DNA of 64,000 nt, taken from assembly GCA_964291295.2 (NCBI GenBank), contig OZ219754.1, forward strand, positions 192,001 through 256,000. Reading direction: 5' to 3'. Of the stretch, positions 1 to 12,110 are shown in pieces (the first letter of the stretch is position 1; every line of letters begins with the position of its first letter). This DNA comes from an uncultured Candidatus Binatia bacterium (GTDB lineage: Bacteria; Desulfobacterota; Binatia; UBA9968; JAJDTQ01). The notes under the pieces were generated by a model. It did not search any database, was not told the DNA's origin, and saw only the letters and a list, made by a program, of their open reading frames with translations. The position numbers and the translations under genes are program-made.

Positions 1-1037
1 TTCACCGCCACCGTCCAACTCGCCGTCTCCCCTTCCTCCACACTCACCCGTCTCTCGCTGATCAACAACGCCGGACGGTCGCTGTTGACCACCGCCGTCT
101 TCGCCGTGTTCGACCACGGACTGCTCCCCGCCTCGTTGTACGACTGTACCTGGAACTCCAGCGTGATCCCCTCTAGAAACGCCGCAAACGACACGCTCCC
201 GCTTCGCGTCGAAGCCGTCGTCTTCCCCGGAAAGTCCGTCGCCGAATACCAGTAGTCGAACATCCGATACCGATACCGCCACCCCTGGATCGTCGCGTCC
301 GTCGCCGCCTTCCAACTCAGCCCCACCTCGTCTTCCACCGCCTTCGCACTCAAATCCGTCGGCTTCGCCGGCGCACGCAGCGGCACCGCCGCCGCCGTCA
401 CCGTCACCGCCACCCGATCCTTCGCACCCGAAGCCACCGGCACCGATGCTCCATCCACCCTGAAGGCGTGGCTCACCTCCGCCTCCCCCGCCGTCACTCC
501 CGTCACCGTCACCGTCTGCGGCGTCTGGGCCGTCGCGTGGGCAAAGTACAGCACCGACGGGCTCACCCGCGCCTTGCCGCTGTCGCTGCTCACCAGCGTC
601 ACACTCCCGTCAAACGTCCCGTTCACCGCCACCGTCCAACTCGCCGTCTCCCCTTCCTCCACACTCACCCGTCTCTCGCTGATCAACAACGCCGGACGGT
701 CGCTGTTGACCACCGCCGTCTTCGCCGTGTTCGACCACGGACTGCTCCCCGCCTCGTTGTACGACTGTACCTGGAACTCCAGCGTGATCCCCTCTAGAAA
801 CGCCGCAAACGACACGCTCCCGCTTCGCGTCGAAGCCGTCGTCTTCCCCGGAAAGTCCGTCGCCGAATACCAGTAGTCGAACATCCGGTACCGATACCGC
901 CACCCCTGGATCGTCGCGTCCGTCGCCGCCTTCCAACTCAGCCCCACCTCGTCTTCCACCGCCTTCGCACTCAAATCCGTCGGCTTCGCCGGCGCACGCA
1001 GCGGCACCGCCGCCGCCGTCACCGTCACCGCCACCCG
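1..1037 (-). repeat. 621-bp tandem repeat (one full unit 417-1037 plus a partial unit 1-416) encoding an FN3 + Ig-like module
   Basis: Sequence at 1-416 recurs at 622-1037 with at least one SNP (catccgatac vs catccggtac). Confidence 0.9.
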
Positions 1038-2684
1038 CCCCGCATCCGTCACCGCCGCCGCCGTCGCTCCCGGCAGCGTGAACGCATGCCTCACCTCCGC
1101 TTCCCCCGCCGTCACTCCCGTCACCCGCACCGTCTGCGGCACCCGCGCGTTCTCGCTCGTGAAGGTCAGCACCGCCGGACTCACCCGCGCCGTGCCACTG
1201 GCGCTGCTCGCCAGCGTCACACTCCCACCAACCCCGCCATTCAACGCCACCGTCCAACTCGCCGTCTCCCCTTCCTCCACACTCACCCGTCCCTTGCTGA
1301 TCACCAGCGCCGGACGGTCCCGGTTGACCGCCACCGCCACCGCCGTGTCCGACCACGGACTGCTGCCCCCGTCGTTGTACGATTGAACCTGGAACTCCGT
1401 CGCTATCCCATCCCACCAACTCGACCCGTCCACCGCGTGCGCCCGCGTCCCTGCCACGCTCCCCCTCATCTCCACCCCACTCCCCCAACTCCTCAATCCC
1501 TTCGCCCGCAGACGGTACCTCCAACCCTTGATCGTCCCGTCCGTCGCCGCCCTCCAACTCAAATTCACCCGATCCTCCACCGCCCCCGCCGTCAGACCCA
1601 AAGGCTTCGCCGGCGCCCCCGGCACCGGCGCGATCACTCCCACAGGCCCAAAAAAACTCCGGGTCAGACCCCACCGCCGCGCATCCGCCGCCGACTCGCA
1701 GTGCACCACCGGATACGGATGGTTCACTCGATCCCGATACTTGTAGTCCAACTCCATCCAGAAGTCCTCCGACTCCCGGTCCCCATCCGCCCTCGCCGAA
1801 CCCTCCACCACCGCCACCCCGCTCCTGAACGTCACCCGCGTCGGCAAATTGAAATCCCCCAAATTCGCCCCACGAAGATCCCCTCGCCCTCCGTCCCAAA
1901 CTCGCCACCCTACCTTCACCGTCCGCGAAAACGAACGGTCCCGCTCGAACGTACACGCATTCCCCGCTCCACTCGCCACCCCCGCCTCCAGCCTCAATAC
2001 GAATCTCCGCCCCGTCGTCCCGCCCCCCAATACCCCCAAATCCTGGTACCGCAACCGTATCCCCGCTCCCGCCTCCCCGATCTCGATGTCACGACGGTCC
2101 TTCCCCGCCTTCACCGTATACACCGACCCCTTCGGCCTCAGCCGCAGCGTCAACCGCTCGTTCCCCTCCAGCTTCTTGTCCTTCAATATCTGCACATAAT
2201 GACAATGCCGCGTCGGCGCCGTGATCACGCTCTCATAAAACAAGATCCCCACGTTCCGCAGGTTCCCCCCTGTCCCCAAATCCGCCCTCCCCGCCTGCGA
2301 TCCCCCCACTATCTCGAAATCCACCTCGATCCGCGCCGCCTCCCGCCGCGTCGCCGCTCGCTCCACTCGCAGCGCCAGCCATCCCCCTTCCCACACCTTG
2401 TCCGTGCTCGACTCCAACTCCTCCCCGCGCGGACACTCATTCGTGCCCGGATCCCCACTCACCGGAAACGCCCCCGTAAAACTCAACTCCGGAAGCACCT
2501 GCCCCCCAGCCGTCTCCCCCATCCCCCCCACCATCACCACTCCCGCCAACAACCCCAAAACCCCTCGCATCATCCCCCGCAATCCCTTCCCCAATCCCAT
2601 CCTACTCTCCTTGTTCCCCAATGCCGTATTCCTCGATGCCAAAGCGCCCGCGGCGGGAGCCAATCCTCTCAAACGTGCCATCAT
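1..2684 (-). CDS. Large FN3-domain surface protein, 5' part only (runs off the window edge); near-identical paralog of the autotransporter at 52479-59456
   Basis: Reverse complement of 1-2684 matches 52479-55162 almost base for base (position sum 55163). ATG-ATG start at 2684 after a GAGGAGG-like RBS. FN3-like motifs 'LSWKAA...GWRYRY...EFQVQSYNEAGSSPWS'. Confidence 0.85.
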   Translation of the reverse strand, partial: MMARLRGLAPAAGALASRNTALGNKESRMGLGKGLRGMMRGVLGLLAGVVMVGGMGETAGGQVLPELSFTGAFPVSGDPGTNECPRGEELESSTDKVWEGGWLALRVERAATRREAARIEVDFEIVGGSQAGRADLGTGGNLRNVGILFYESVITAPTRHCHYVQILKDKKLEGNERLTLRLRPKGSVYTVKAGKDRRDIEIGEAGAGIRLRYQDLGVLGGGTTGRRFVLRLEAGVASGAGNACTFERDRSFSRTVKVGWRVWDGGRGDLRGANLGDFNLPTRVTFRSGVAVVEGSARADGDRESEDFWMELDYKYRDRVNHPYPVVHCESAADARRWGLTRSFFGPVGVIAPVPGAPAKPLGLTAGAVEDRVNLSWRAATDGTIKGWRYRLRAKGLRSWGSGVEMRGSVAGTRAHAVDGSSWWDGIATEFQVQSYNDGGSSPWSDTAVAVAVNRDRPALVISKGRVSVEEGETASWTVALNGGVGGSVTLASSASGTARVSPAVLTFTSENARVPQTVRVTGVTAGEAEVRHAFTLPGATAAAVTDAGRVAVTVTAAAVPLRAPAKPTDLSAKAVEDEVGLSWKAATDATIQGWRYRYRMFDYWYSATDFPGKTTASTRSGSVSFAAFLEGITLEFQVQSYNEAGSSPWSNTAKTAVVNSDRPALLISERRVSVEEGETASWTVAVNGTFDGSVTLVSSDSGKARVSPSVLYFAHATAQTPQTVTVTGVTAGEAEVSHAFRVDGASVPVASGAKDRVAVTVTAAAVPLRAPAKPTDLSAKAVEDEVGLSWKAATDATIQGWRYRYRMFDYWYSATDFPGKTTASTRSGSVSFAAFLEGITLEFQVQSYNEAGSSPWSNTAKTAVVNSDRPALLISERRVSVEEGETASWTVAV

Positions 2685-2809
2685 CAATCCCTCCTCGAAT
2701 CCGTCCTGTCCCTTCCTGTCCTGTCCTTCCCGTCCGTCCCTCTCCTGCCGCCAGCCTCAAGACTCCAATGCCTACACGGCCTCCAATGCCCACACGCATT
2801 GGCTGCTCA

Positions 2810-2837
2810 AATCTATCGTTCCTGACCGTATTGTCAA
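2810..2837 (-). promoter_or_regulatory. Putative sigma70 promoter of the left autotransporter copy (TTGACA-16 bp-TAGATT) with upstream T-rich UP-like tract
   Basis: The -35 hexamer and most of the -10 are conserved with the paralogous promoter at 52324-52351 while the spacer has diverged. A-tracts lie at 2838-2866 on the + strand. Confidence 0.6.
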
Positions 2838-3021
2838 GAAAACAACCGAAAAAACAGAAAAAAAAATCGGGAACAGGGCGGCGGTGGCCATCCCGCGCAT
2901 GGAAGCCATCATGCCTGCCTGCAAAGGCCCTCACATGCAATCGGGCAACGCCTGTCACCCCGGAATTCCACCGCCATCGGCACCGCTTCCCGGCTGGATA
3001 TCTGCACCGCGGATGCGGCGA

Positions 3022-4308
3022 TTATCGGCGGGCGCCCCAGGCGCCGACAAGGTCGCGTCCGGCGTCGTTGACGATGCCGGCAGCAGCACCGGCGGGGTCG
3101 CCGGCGGTGGCATAGAACCGCGCATTGGCGCGCCGACCGGCATCAACCCAAGCGCCGTCGTGGCGGACGAGGTCGTAGCCGACCGCAGCGATGGGGTGGG
3201 TCGCGCCGGCGGAATCGGTGCGGGAGAGATCGGACAACATGAGATCGATCTCCGCGAGGTCGGCGAGGTCGGCGGTCAGGGTGGCGCGGCCCGTCACCGG
3301 CTGGAACAGTGCGGACTGTGCGCCGAGGAAGGTTCCGGACCAAGTGGCGGTGCCGAGGCCGGGATCAGGCCCGGGGCCGGGCGTGCCGGCGACGCCGGGC
3401 GTGATCGCGATGGTGTCGGTGATGCTGTCGGCGGCCGCCGTGCCTCGGCGTTCGGAGATGAGCGTGCGGGTCATGGTAACGCCGAAGCCGTCGAGGCCGC
3501 CGTCCTCCATCGGTTCCGCCCAGAGACCGAACTTCTGATGGTCCTCAACCGCTGGACCCAAGGTCCATCGATGAAGCCCGGCGAAGTCGGCTTCGGCGGG
3601 CACCAGTGACCGGAACGAGGATGCGGGACACATGAGTTGGGTGCCCTGGCACGCCGCATGTCCCGTACCGGTTTGCGGATCAAGGTAAGAGAGCGTGTGG
3701 CCGACTTCGTGGAGCAGGATACCGAAGTGCCAGTTCTCAAGCCGGTTGCCGGGCCGCTGGTCGTCGATGGCATCTTCAAGGAACCGGCCGGGCAGAACGA
3801 TCCTGCCGGTCCGGGCGCAGGCGTAGTCGCTGGCAGCGCACTCTCCCGTATCCCCGACCCTGAGTTCAATGGCGTGGATGCCGCCGTCGATGAGACGCCG
3901 GGTCCAGAGCAGCGCGGCGCGGGCGGTCATGGCGTCGAGGTCGGCGGGGATCTGTCCGGGATCGGTGCCGGGGTAATCGATTCGGCGGATGACGGGGACC
4001 GGGTGGTTGGGCGCGGTTCTCGTGACATTGAAACCGCTGGCAGCGGGCGGCAGCCGCACGGTGCGGAACGCCAGCGTGGGGTCGATGGCAGCGCGGTTGG
4101 CGGCGGTGAACTCGGAGGCGACCTGGGGAACGGACGGAGCAACCGGAGCAACCCGAGGCGCGGCTCCGCCGCCGCTCCCGCCGCCGCAGGCGGAGAGCAG
4201 GGTGCCGGCGAGCAGCGCTGCGAACAGGACAGCGGGGAAAGCTGCGGAACCCCCGGCGGGAACGATGCCACGGGAGATGCCACGGGAACTCGGAGTACGG
4301 GTGAACAT
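3022..4308 (-). CDS. Lipoprotein with zinc-metallopeptidase HExxH motif and a C-terminal TbpB-like beta-barrel
   Basis: Lipobox LLSA-C followed by GGGSGGG. Motif [10 protein letters not shown]-terminal '[11 protein letters not shown]...GRATLTADL...NARFYA...AAGIV...LVGAWGARR' resembles transferrin-binding-protein-like barrels. Confidence 0.7.
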   Translation of the reverse strand: MFTRTPSSRGISRGIVPAGGSAAFPAVLFAALLAGTLLSACGGGSGGGAAPRVAPVAPSVPQVASEFTAANRAAIDPTLAFRTVRLPPAASGFNVTRTAPNHPVPVIRRIDYPGTDPGQIPADLDAMTARAALLWTRRLIDGGIHAIELRVGDTGECAASDYACARTGRIVLPGRFLEDAIDDQRPGNRLENWHFGILLHEVGHTLSYLDPQTGTGHAACQGTQLMCPASSFRSLVPAEADFAGLHRWTLGPAVEDHQKFGLWAEPMEDGGLDGFGVTMTRTLISERRGTAAADSITDTIAITPGVAGTPGPGPDPGLGTATWSGTFLGAQSALFQPVTGRATLTADLADLAEIDLMLSDLSRTDSAGATHPIAAVGYDLVRHDGAWVDAGRRANARFYATAGDPAGAAAGIVNDAGRDLVGAWGARR

Positions 4309-4640
4309 GGCGAACCCTCGGTTGGAACGGTGGAAAGCCGGCGGCGCCCGTTTGCGCCGATGACGCGCCAGCAGCTTGCAGCCGGAACAGAATGGGCCCG
4401 AGCCGGCACCGGATCCGCGGGCAAGCCGTGCGGGGTCGTTCCGCCCGGTCAGCGCCCGCAAGCGCCCATCAGCACCCAATTCCTTGTGCCTGCCGCTCCC
4501 AGCCACTGTAGCGCGCCACCTTGCCGCACCGCAAGAGTCAGCCCTCCGGTCAGCCCTGCCGGCCGCGTGACGTCGTCACCGCCGGGCGGCTCGCCCGCAA
4601 AGGCGCGCGAACGGTGCACCTCCTTCCGCAAGACCATGCC

Positions 4641-4667
4641 GGATCCGCGCTTTCGCGGGCATGACGG
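4641..4667 (-). repeat. REP-like palindromic element (CCGTCATGCCCGCGAAAGCGCGGATCC)
   Basis: Resembles the widespread GTCAT(T/G)CCCGCGAAAGCGGGAATCC intergenic REP hairpin. Single copy seen in the window. Confidence 0.45.
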
Positions 4668-4806
4668 AGTGGTAGGGGACGCCGTGGCGGCGATTTGGCA
4701 AGCCGCACCGGTTGCGCTAGAAACAAGGACTTCCAGGCCTCGTGGCTTCCATCCGCCTGCGCCCTCCGGACCGCCTGAAACCGAAATCCATACCAAGGAG
4801 CCCGAC

Positions 4807-7500
4807 ATGGCATCACCGAGCATCGACACCTTCCACACCGCCTCCACTATCGAAGCGGGCGGCAACCGCTACCGGATCCACCGTCTCGACGCCTTGGCGC
4901 GGGAGACTTCCCTGCCGGTGGACCACCTGCCGTTCTCGCTCAAGATCCTGCTGGAGAACCTGCTCCGGTGCGAGGACGACCGGCACGTGTCGGCCGCCGA
5001 CATTCAGGCGCTGGCGGGATGGGACCCGGCAGCGAAGCCGAACAGGGAGATCGCCTTCATGCCGGCGCGGATCCTGCTGCAGGATCTCACCGGGGTTCCC
5101 GCCATCGTGGACCTGGCGGCCATGCGGGAGGGTATCCGGCGGCTCGGCGGCGACCCGAAACGCATCAACCCGCTGCAACCCGTGGACCTTGTCATCGACC
5201 ACTCCGTGCAGGTGGACCACTTCGGCTCCCGGCAAGCCTTCGCTTCCAACTCCGAACTGGAGTACGCGCGCAACCGGGAACGGTACGCATTCCTGCGCTG
5301 GGGCCAGAAGGCCTTCGACAACTTCAGCGTGGTGCCGCCGGACACCGGCATCGTCCACCAGGTCAATCTGGAGTTCCTCGGCAAGGTGGTCTTCACCGCG
5401 CCATCGAACGGTGACACCTTCGCCTACCCCGACACGCTGGTGGGAGCCGATTCCCACACGCCCATGATCAACGGACTGGGGGTTCTGGGCTGGGGCGTGG
5501 GCGGCATCGAGGCCGAGGCGGCCATGCTGGGCCAGCCGCTCATCATGCTGATCCCGGAGGTCATCGGGTTCAGGCTCCACGGCAGGCTGCCCGAGGGGGC
5601 CACGGCCACCGATCTGGTGCTGACCATCGTGCAGATGCTGCGCAGGAAGGGGGTGGTGGAGAAGTTCGTGGAGTTCTACGGTCCGGGGCTGTCGAGCCTG
5701 GCGCTGGCGGACCGGGCCACCATCGGCAACATGGCGCCCGAGTACGGCGCCACCGTGGGCTTCTTCCCGGTGGACGACGAGACCCTGGAGTACCTGAAGC
5801 TGTCGAACCGGAGCCCGGAACTCATCAGCCTGGTGGAGGCCTATTCCAAGGAGCAGGGCCTGTTCCGCACCGACGCGACGCCCGACCCGGTCTTCACCGA
5901 CACCCTGGAACTCGACCTGGGCGAGGTGGAGCCGAGTCTGGCGGGACCCCGCCGGCCCCAGGACCGGGTGCCGCTGGGCCGCGCCAGGCAAGCCTTCGCC
6001 GAGGTTCTGCCCGACATGAAGGGTGGCGATACCGCCAGCCGCGTGCCGGTCCGGCAGAACGGGGACTCCTTCGAGCTCACCCACGGATCGGTGGTGATCG
6101 CCGCCATCACCAGTTGCACCAACACATCCAACCCCTCGGTGATGGTGGGCGCCGGGCTGCTGGCGAAGAAGGCCGTGGAACGGGGCCTCAAGGCCAAGCC
6201 CTGGGTCAAGACCAGCTTGGCCCCGGGTTCCAAGGTGGTCACCGAGTACCTCAGACAGACGGGCTTGCTGGAGCCCCTGGGAGCGATGGGGTTCCACCTG
6301 GTCGGTTACGGCTGCACCACCTGCGTGGGCAACGGCGGACCACTGCCCGAGAACATCGGCAACGCGATCCGGGAAGGCAATCTGGTGACCACGGCCGTGC
6401 TTTCGGGCAACCGGAACTTCGAGGGCCGGATTCACCCCCACGTGCGGGCCAACTATCTGGCCTCGCCTCCCCTGGTGGTGGCCTACGCCATCGCCGGCAC
6501 CATGGACGTGGATCTCTACAACGACCCCGTCGGGCGGGACTCCGCCGGCCAGCCGGTGATGCTGAGGGAGATCTGGCCCACGCCGGAGGAAGTGCGCGCG
6601 GAAGTGGCCCGGGGCGTCACCGCCGACGCCTTCCGGAAAGAGTACGGCGACGTCTTCCAGGGCGACGCCATGTGGCGAAGCATGCCGGTCCCCGAGGGGG
6701 AGTTGTTCGCATGGGAACCGGACTCGACCTATGTCCGGCAGCTGCCGTTTTTCACGGACATGCCCGCGGAGCCGGCCGAGCCCGGCGACATCCGGGGCGG
6801 GCGGGTCCTGGCGTTGCTGGGGGACTCGGTGACCACCGACCACATCTCCCCGGCCGGGGCCATCGAACGGAACGGCCCGGCGGCGCGCTATCTCACGGAG
6901 CACGGCGTGGAGCCCGGCGATTTCAACCAGTACGGCGCCCGCCGGGGCAACCACGAGGTGATGATGCGCGGAACCTTCGCCAACGTGCGGCTGAGGAACC
7001 AGATCGCACCGGGAACCGAGGGCGGCTGGACCGTGCACCAACCCGACAACGAGCCCATGTCCATCTTCGACGCCGCCATGAAGTACCAGCGGGAAGGGAC
7101 GCCGCTGATCGTCATCGCCGGCAAGGAATACGGTACCGGATCGTCCCGGGACTGGGCGGCCAAGGGGCCGCGCCTGCTGGGCGTCAAGGCCGCCATCGTC
7201 GAGAGCTTCGAGCGCATCCACCGGAGCAATCTCATCGGCATGGGCATCCTGCCGCTGGAGTTCATGAAGGGCGAGTATGCCGCGTCATTGGGGCTCACAG
7301 GCTTCGAAACCTACGACATCGGCGGCGTGGGCGACGGCCTGAGCGTACGCAAGGAGCTTCAGGTCACGGCCACCAGCGCCGAGGGAAAGACGACCCCCTT
7401 CCGTGTCACCTGCCGCATCGACACGCCGGCGGAACTGGCGTACTACCGCCACGGCGGCATCCTGGAATACGTGCTCCGGCAACTGGCCGGAAAGGCATAG
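4807..7500 (+). CDS. acnA: Aconitate hydratase A
   Basis: AAGGAG RBS then ATG at 4807. Motifs [68 protein letters not shown]. Confidence 0.97.
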   Translation: MASPSIDTFHTASTIEAGGNRYRIHRLDALARETSLPVDHLPFSLKILLENLLRCEDDRHVSAADIQALAGWDPAAKPNREIAFMPARILLQDLTGVPAIVDLAAMREGIRRLGGDPKRINPLQPVDLVIDHSVQVDHFGSRQAFASNSELEYARNRERYAFLRWGQKAFDNFSVVPPDTGIVHQVNLEFLGKVVFTAPSNGDTFAYPDTLVGADSHTPMINGLGVLGWGVGGIEAEAAMLGQPLIMLIPEVIGFRLHGRLPEGATATDLVLTIVQMLRRKGVVEKFVEFYGPGLSSLALADRATIGNMAPEYGATVGFFPVDDETLEYLKLSNRSPELISLVEAYSKEQGLFRTDATPDPVFTDTLELDLGEVEPSLAGPRRPQDRVPLGRARQAFAEVLPDMKGGDTASRVPVRQNGDSFELTHGSVVIAAITSCTNTSNPSVMVGAGLLAKKAVERGLKAKPWVKTSLAPGSKVVTEYLRQTGLLEPLGAMGFHLVGYGCTTCVGNGGPLPENIGNAIREGNLVTTAVLSGNRNFEGRIHPHVRANYLASPPLVVAYAIAGTMDVDLYNDPVGRDSAGQPVMLREIWPTPEEVRAEVARGVTADAFRKEYGDVFQGDAMWRSMPVPEGELFAWEPDSTYVRQLPFFTDMPAEPAEPGDIRGGRVLALLGDSVTTDHISPAGAIERNGPAARYLTEHGVEPGDFNQYGARRGNHEVMMRGTFANVRLRNQIAPGTEGGWTVHQPDNEPMSIFDAAMKYQREGTPLIVIAGKEYGTGSSRDWAAKGPRLLGVKAAIVESFERIHRSNLIGMGILPLEFMKGEYAASLGLTGFETYDIGGVGDGLSVRKELQVTATSAEGKTTPFRVTCRIDTPAELAYYRHGGILEYVLRQLAGKA

Positions 7501-7689
7501 CTCGATCCGGCAGCGTCGGCCCGCCTCCCCATGCGGGCCGATTTGCTCCCCCGCCCCCCGAGGCCGCCCGGCGAGACCGGTGACTGACGGCCGGGCGTTC
7601 GCCCGGAATCGACACCGCCGGCCGGTGGACGCCGCCGCCGCGACGGACACCTGGACCTGATCCGGCCCTTCTGGCAAGAAGGTGAGGCC

Positions 7690-8853
7690 ATGGAGGAGGA
7701 ACGGCTCTCGGTCCGCATCGTCCGCGGCATCAACGAGGTGCCGCGGGAGGCGTGGGACTCGCTCCTGCGGGACGGTTCGCCGTTCATGCGCTGGGACTGG
7801 CTGGACTGCCTGGAGGCCACGGGCTGCGTCTGCGACCGGACGGGCTGGGCACCCCACCACCTGGTGGTCGAAAAGGGCGCGCACATCCTCGGCGCCTGCC
7901 CGATGTACCTCAAGTCCCACAGCATGGGGGAGTTCGTCTTCGACCACCATTGGGCTTCCCACGCCGTGCAGACGGGCATCCAGTACTATCCCAAGATGCT
8001 CGTCGGCGTACCCTTCACGCCGGTGGCGGGCTCGCGCTTCCTCACCGCTCCGGGAATCGACCGCCAGGAAATCCTCGCCGTACTGGGACGGGCGCTGGTG
8101 GAGATATGCCGCGGCAACGAGCTTTCGTCCATCCACATCAACTTCTGCAACCGGGAAGAGATGGACGCATTGGAGAAGCTGGACTTCATCCCCAGGATCG
8201 GGCTCCAGTTCCATTGGCAGAACCGCGGCTACGAGACCTTCGACGACTATCTGGGCGCTTTCCGGAGCGGCCGCCGCAACAAGATCCGGCGCGAGCGGCG
8301 CGAACTGGACCACCAGGGCATCCACGTCCGGGCACTTCCTCACGGCGAGATCACCGCGGATGTCCAGCGCACCCTGTTCGAACTCTACAAGCACCACATC
8401 GACCGCCTCTACTACGGCCGGCAGTACCTGAACCGCCGCTTCTTCGACGAGTTGCTGAAGCGGCCCTATCCGTTCCTCTGCCCCATCGTCGCCCGGCGCG
8501 GCGGCCGCATCATCGCCGGCACCTTCAACGTCCGCGGCCCCGACACCCTCTACGGCCGCTACTGGGGCGCCTTCGAGGACCATCGCTACCTGCACTTCAA
8601 CGTGTGCTACTACGCCGCCATCGAGCATTGCATCCACGAGTCGCTGGCCCGCTTCGAGGCCGGCGCCGGCGGCAGCTTCAAGAGCTTCCGCGGTCTCCAG
8701 GCCGCCAGAACCTACAGCGCCCACTACGTCCGCGACGGGCGTTTCCGCAACGCCCTGACCCGCCACCTGCGGGAAGAGCGTTCCGAGACGCTGGCCCGCC
8801 AGCAGTATCTGCGGGAAGAGAGCCCGTTGAAGGAGGGGGAGGGAGCGGACTAG
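7690..8853 (+). CDS. FemAB-like GNAT family N-acetyltransferase (DUF482/COG3146 type)
   Basis: Motifs YLKSHSMGEFVFDHHWA, YYPKMLVGVPFTPV, LYGRYWG, LHFNVCYYAAIE, FEAGAGG. Confidence 0.9.
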   Translation: MEEERLSVRIVRGINEVPREAWDSLLRDGSPFMRWDWLDCLEATGCVCDRTGWAPHHLVVEKGAHILGACPMYLKSHSMGEFVFDHHWASHAVQTGIQYYPKMLVGVPFTPVAGSRFLTAPGIDRQEILAVLGRALVEICRGNELSSIHINFCNREEMDALEKLDFIPRIGLQFHWQNRGYETFDDYLGAFRSGRRNKIRRERRELDHQGIHVRALPHGEITADVQRTLFELYKHHIDRLYYGRQYLNRRFFDELLKRPYPFLCPIVARRGGRIIAGTFNVRGPDTLYGRYWGAFEDHRYLHFNVCYYAAIEHCIHESLARFEAGAGGSFKSFRGLQAARTYSAHYVRDGRFRNALTRHLREERSETLARQQYLREESPLKEGEGAD

Positions 8854-8909
8854 CCGGCCCGCGTGGACGGAGAGCCCGCGCGTTGCCGAGGTGTCACGGG
8901 GGACTCCCG

Positions 8910-8993
8910 GCGGCGGGGAATCCGCCCGGACGTTTCCCGCCGCAGGCCGCCGCTCCGGGAGACGTGACCTCCGCTGGCGGGATTCCCCGCCGC
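8910..8993. terminator. Long stem-loop between the convergent GNAT gene and clpA (possible bidirectional terminator)
   Basis: Perfect 14-bp inverted repeat GCGGCGGGGAATCC (8910-8923) / GGATTCCCCGCCGC (8980-8993), with inner stem CGTTTCCCG/CGGGAGACG. Confidence 0.5.
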
Positions 8994-8994
8994 G

Positions 8995-11238
<2,244 letters not shown>

Positions 11239-11256
11239 CTCATCCCTCTTCGACGC

Positions 11257-11571
11257 TCACTCTTCTTCCATGCTGCACTTGAGCGGATACTCGTACTGCC
11301 GCGCCAGACTTTCCGTGGTCTTCACCTTGGTCTCCGCCACCTCGTAGGGATAGACCCCGGCGACGCCGATGCCGTTCTGGTGTACATGCATCATGATCTG
11401 CACGGCCTCGGTGTTGTCCTTGTTGAAGACGTACTCCAGAACCTGCACCACGAACTCCTTGGTGGTGTAGTCGTCGTTGTGCAGCAGCACCTTGAAGAGA
11501 GACGGCCGCTGGAGCTTTCTCTCGGTTTCGACGACGACGTCCTGATCCGGGTCGTGGTTGCGCTTGCTCAT
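11257..11571 (-). CDS. clpS: Clp protease adaptor ClpS
   Basis: KVLLHNDDYTTKEFVV, IMMHVHQNG, EVAETKV, YPLKCSME. Confidence 0.96.
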   Translation of the reverse strand: MSKRNHDPDQDVVVETERKLQRPSLFKVLLHNDDYTTKEFVVQVLEYVFNKDNTEAVQIMMHVHQNGIGVAGVYPYEVAETKVKTTESLARQYEYPLKCSMEEE

Positions 11572-11640
11572 CGCGGTGTTCCTGAACAGCCGACCGCGGC
11601 GTCCATTCTAGTACGGCGGGGCCGGGGGTTCAATGAAGCT

Positions 11641-12045
11641 CTATGCCTTCTTCCAGCGCGGCACCTTGTCCCGATGCGGGATGCCGTCACCGAACAGCGT
11701 CCGGCCGCCCAGCGGGAAATTCTTCGGCGGCACCCCTCCCATGCACAGGAACACGACGTCCCGCTTCGAGTCGTTGCCGATGGCCCGGTTGACCTCCGGG
11801 CTCACCCGCACGATGGTGCCCTCGGGCATGGGGATCCGGCGCCCGTCCAGGATGATGGTGCCGTCGCCCTTGAGGGTGAGGAACACCTCCTCCTGCACCT
11901 CGTGCTGATGGACGTACTCCGCACCCTGGCCCGGCTTGATGCGAATGATGCCGAAGCCGACCCCCTCGCACTTGAGCCGGCGCGCCAGAAATTCCTTGTC
12001 CTTCACATTTTTGATGGGCATGGACAGCTTGTTGTACTTGGCCAT
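11641..12045 (-). CDS. Cupin domain protein
   Basis: Cupin motif HQHEVQEEVFLTLKG...VRVSPEVNR. GGAGG RBS before the ATG at 12045. Confidence 0.85.
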   Translation of the reverse strand: MAKYNKLSMPIKNVKDKEFLARRLKCEGVGFGIIRIKPGQGAEYVHQHEVQEEVFLTLKGDGTIILDGRRIPMPEGTIVRVSPEVNRAIGNDSKRDVVFLCMGGVPPKNFPLGGRTLFGDGIPHRDKVPRWKKA

Positions 12046-12110
12046 GGCAACCTCCCGCAATGTTGATACGCAGCAATGTTGATACGCAGCCTTGGTACGC
12101 AGACCCTGGA

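Noticed and set aside
3637-4806. 1287-aa ORF suggesting an N-terminally extended aconitase
   Set aside because: The extension is antisense to the lipoprotein gene plus intergenic DNA. AcnA homology and a good RBS begin at 4807.
4813-7221. Long antisense ORFs over acnA, clpA, the TPP enzyme and the ABC genes
   Set aside because: Typical high-GC shadow frames with no recognisable motifs.
11618-11640. GCCGGGGGTTCAATGAAGC, faintly like the 3' end of a type I-G repeat
   Set aside because: Single occurrence, no convincing stem, 20 kb from the cas genes.
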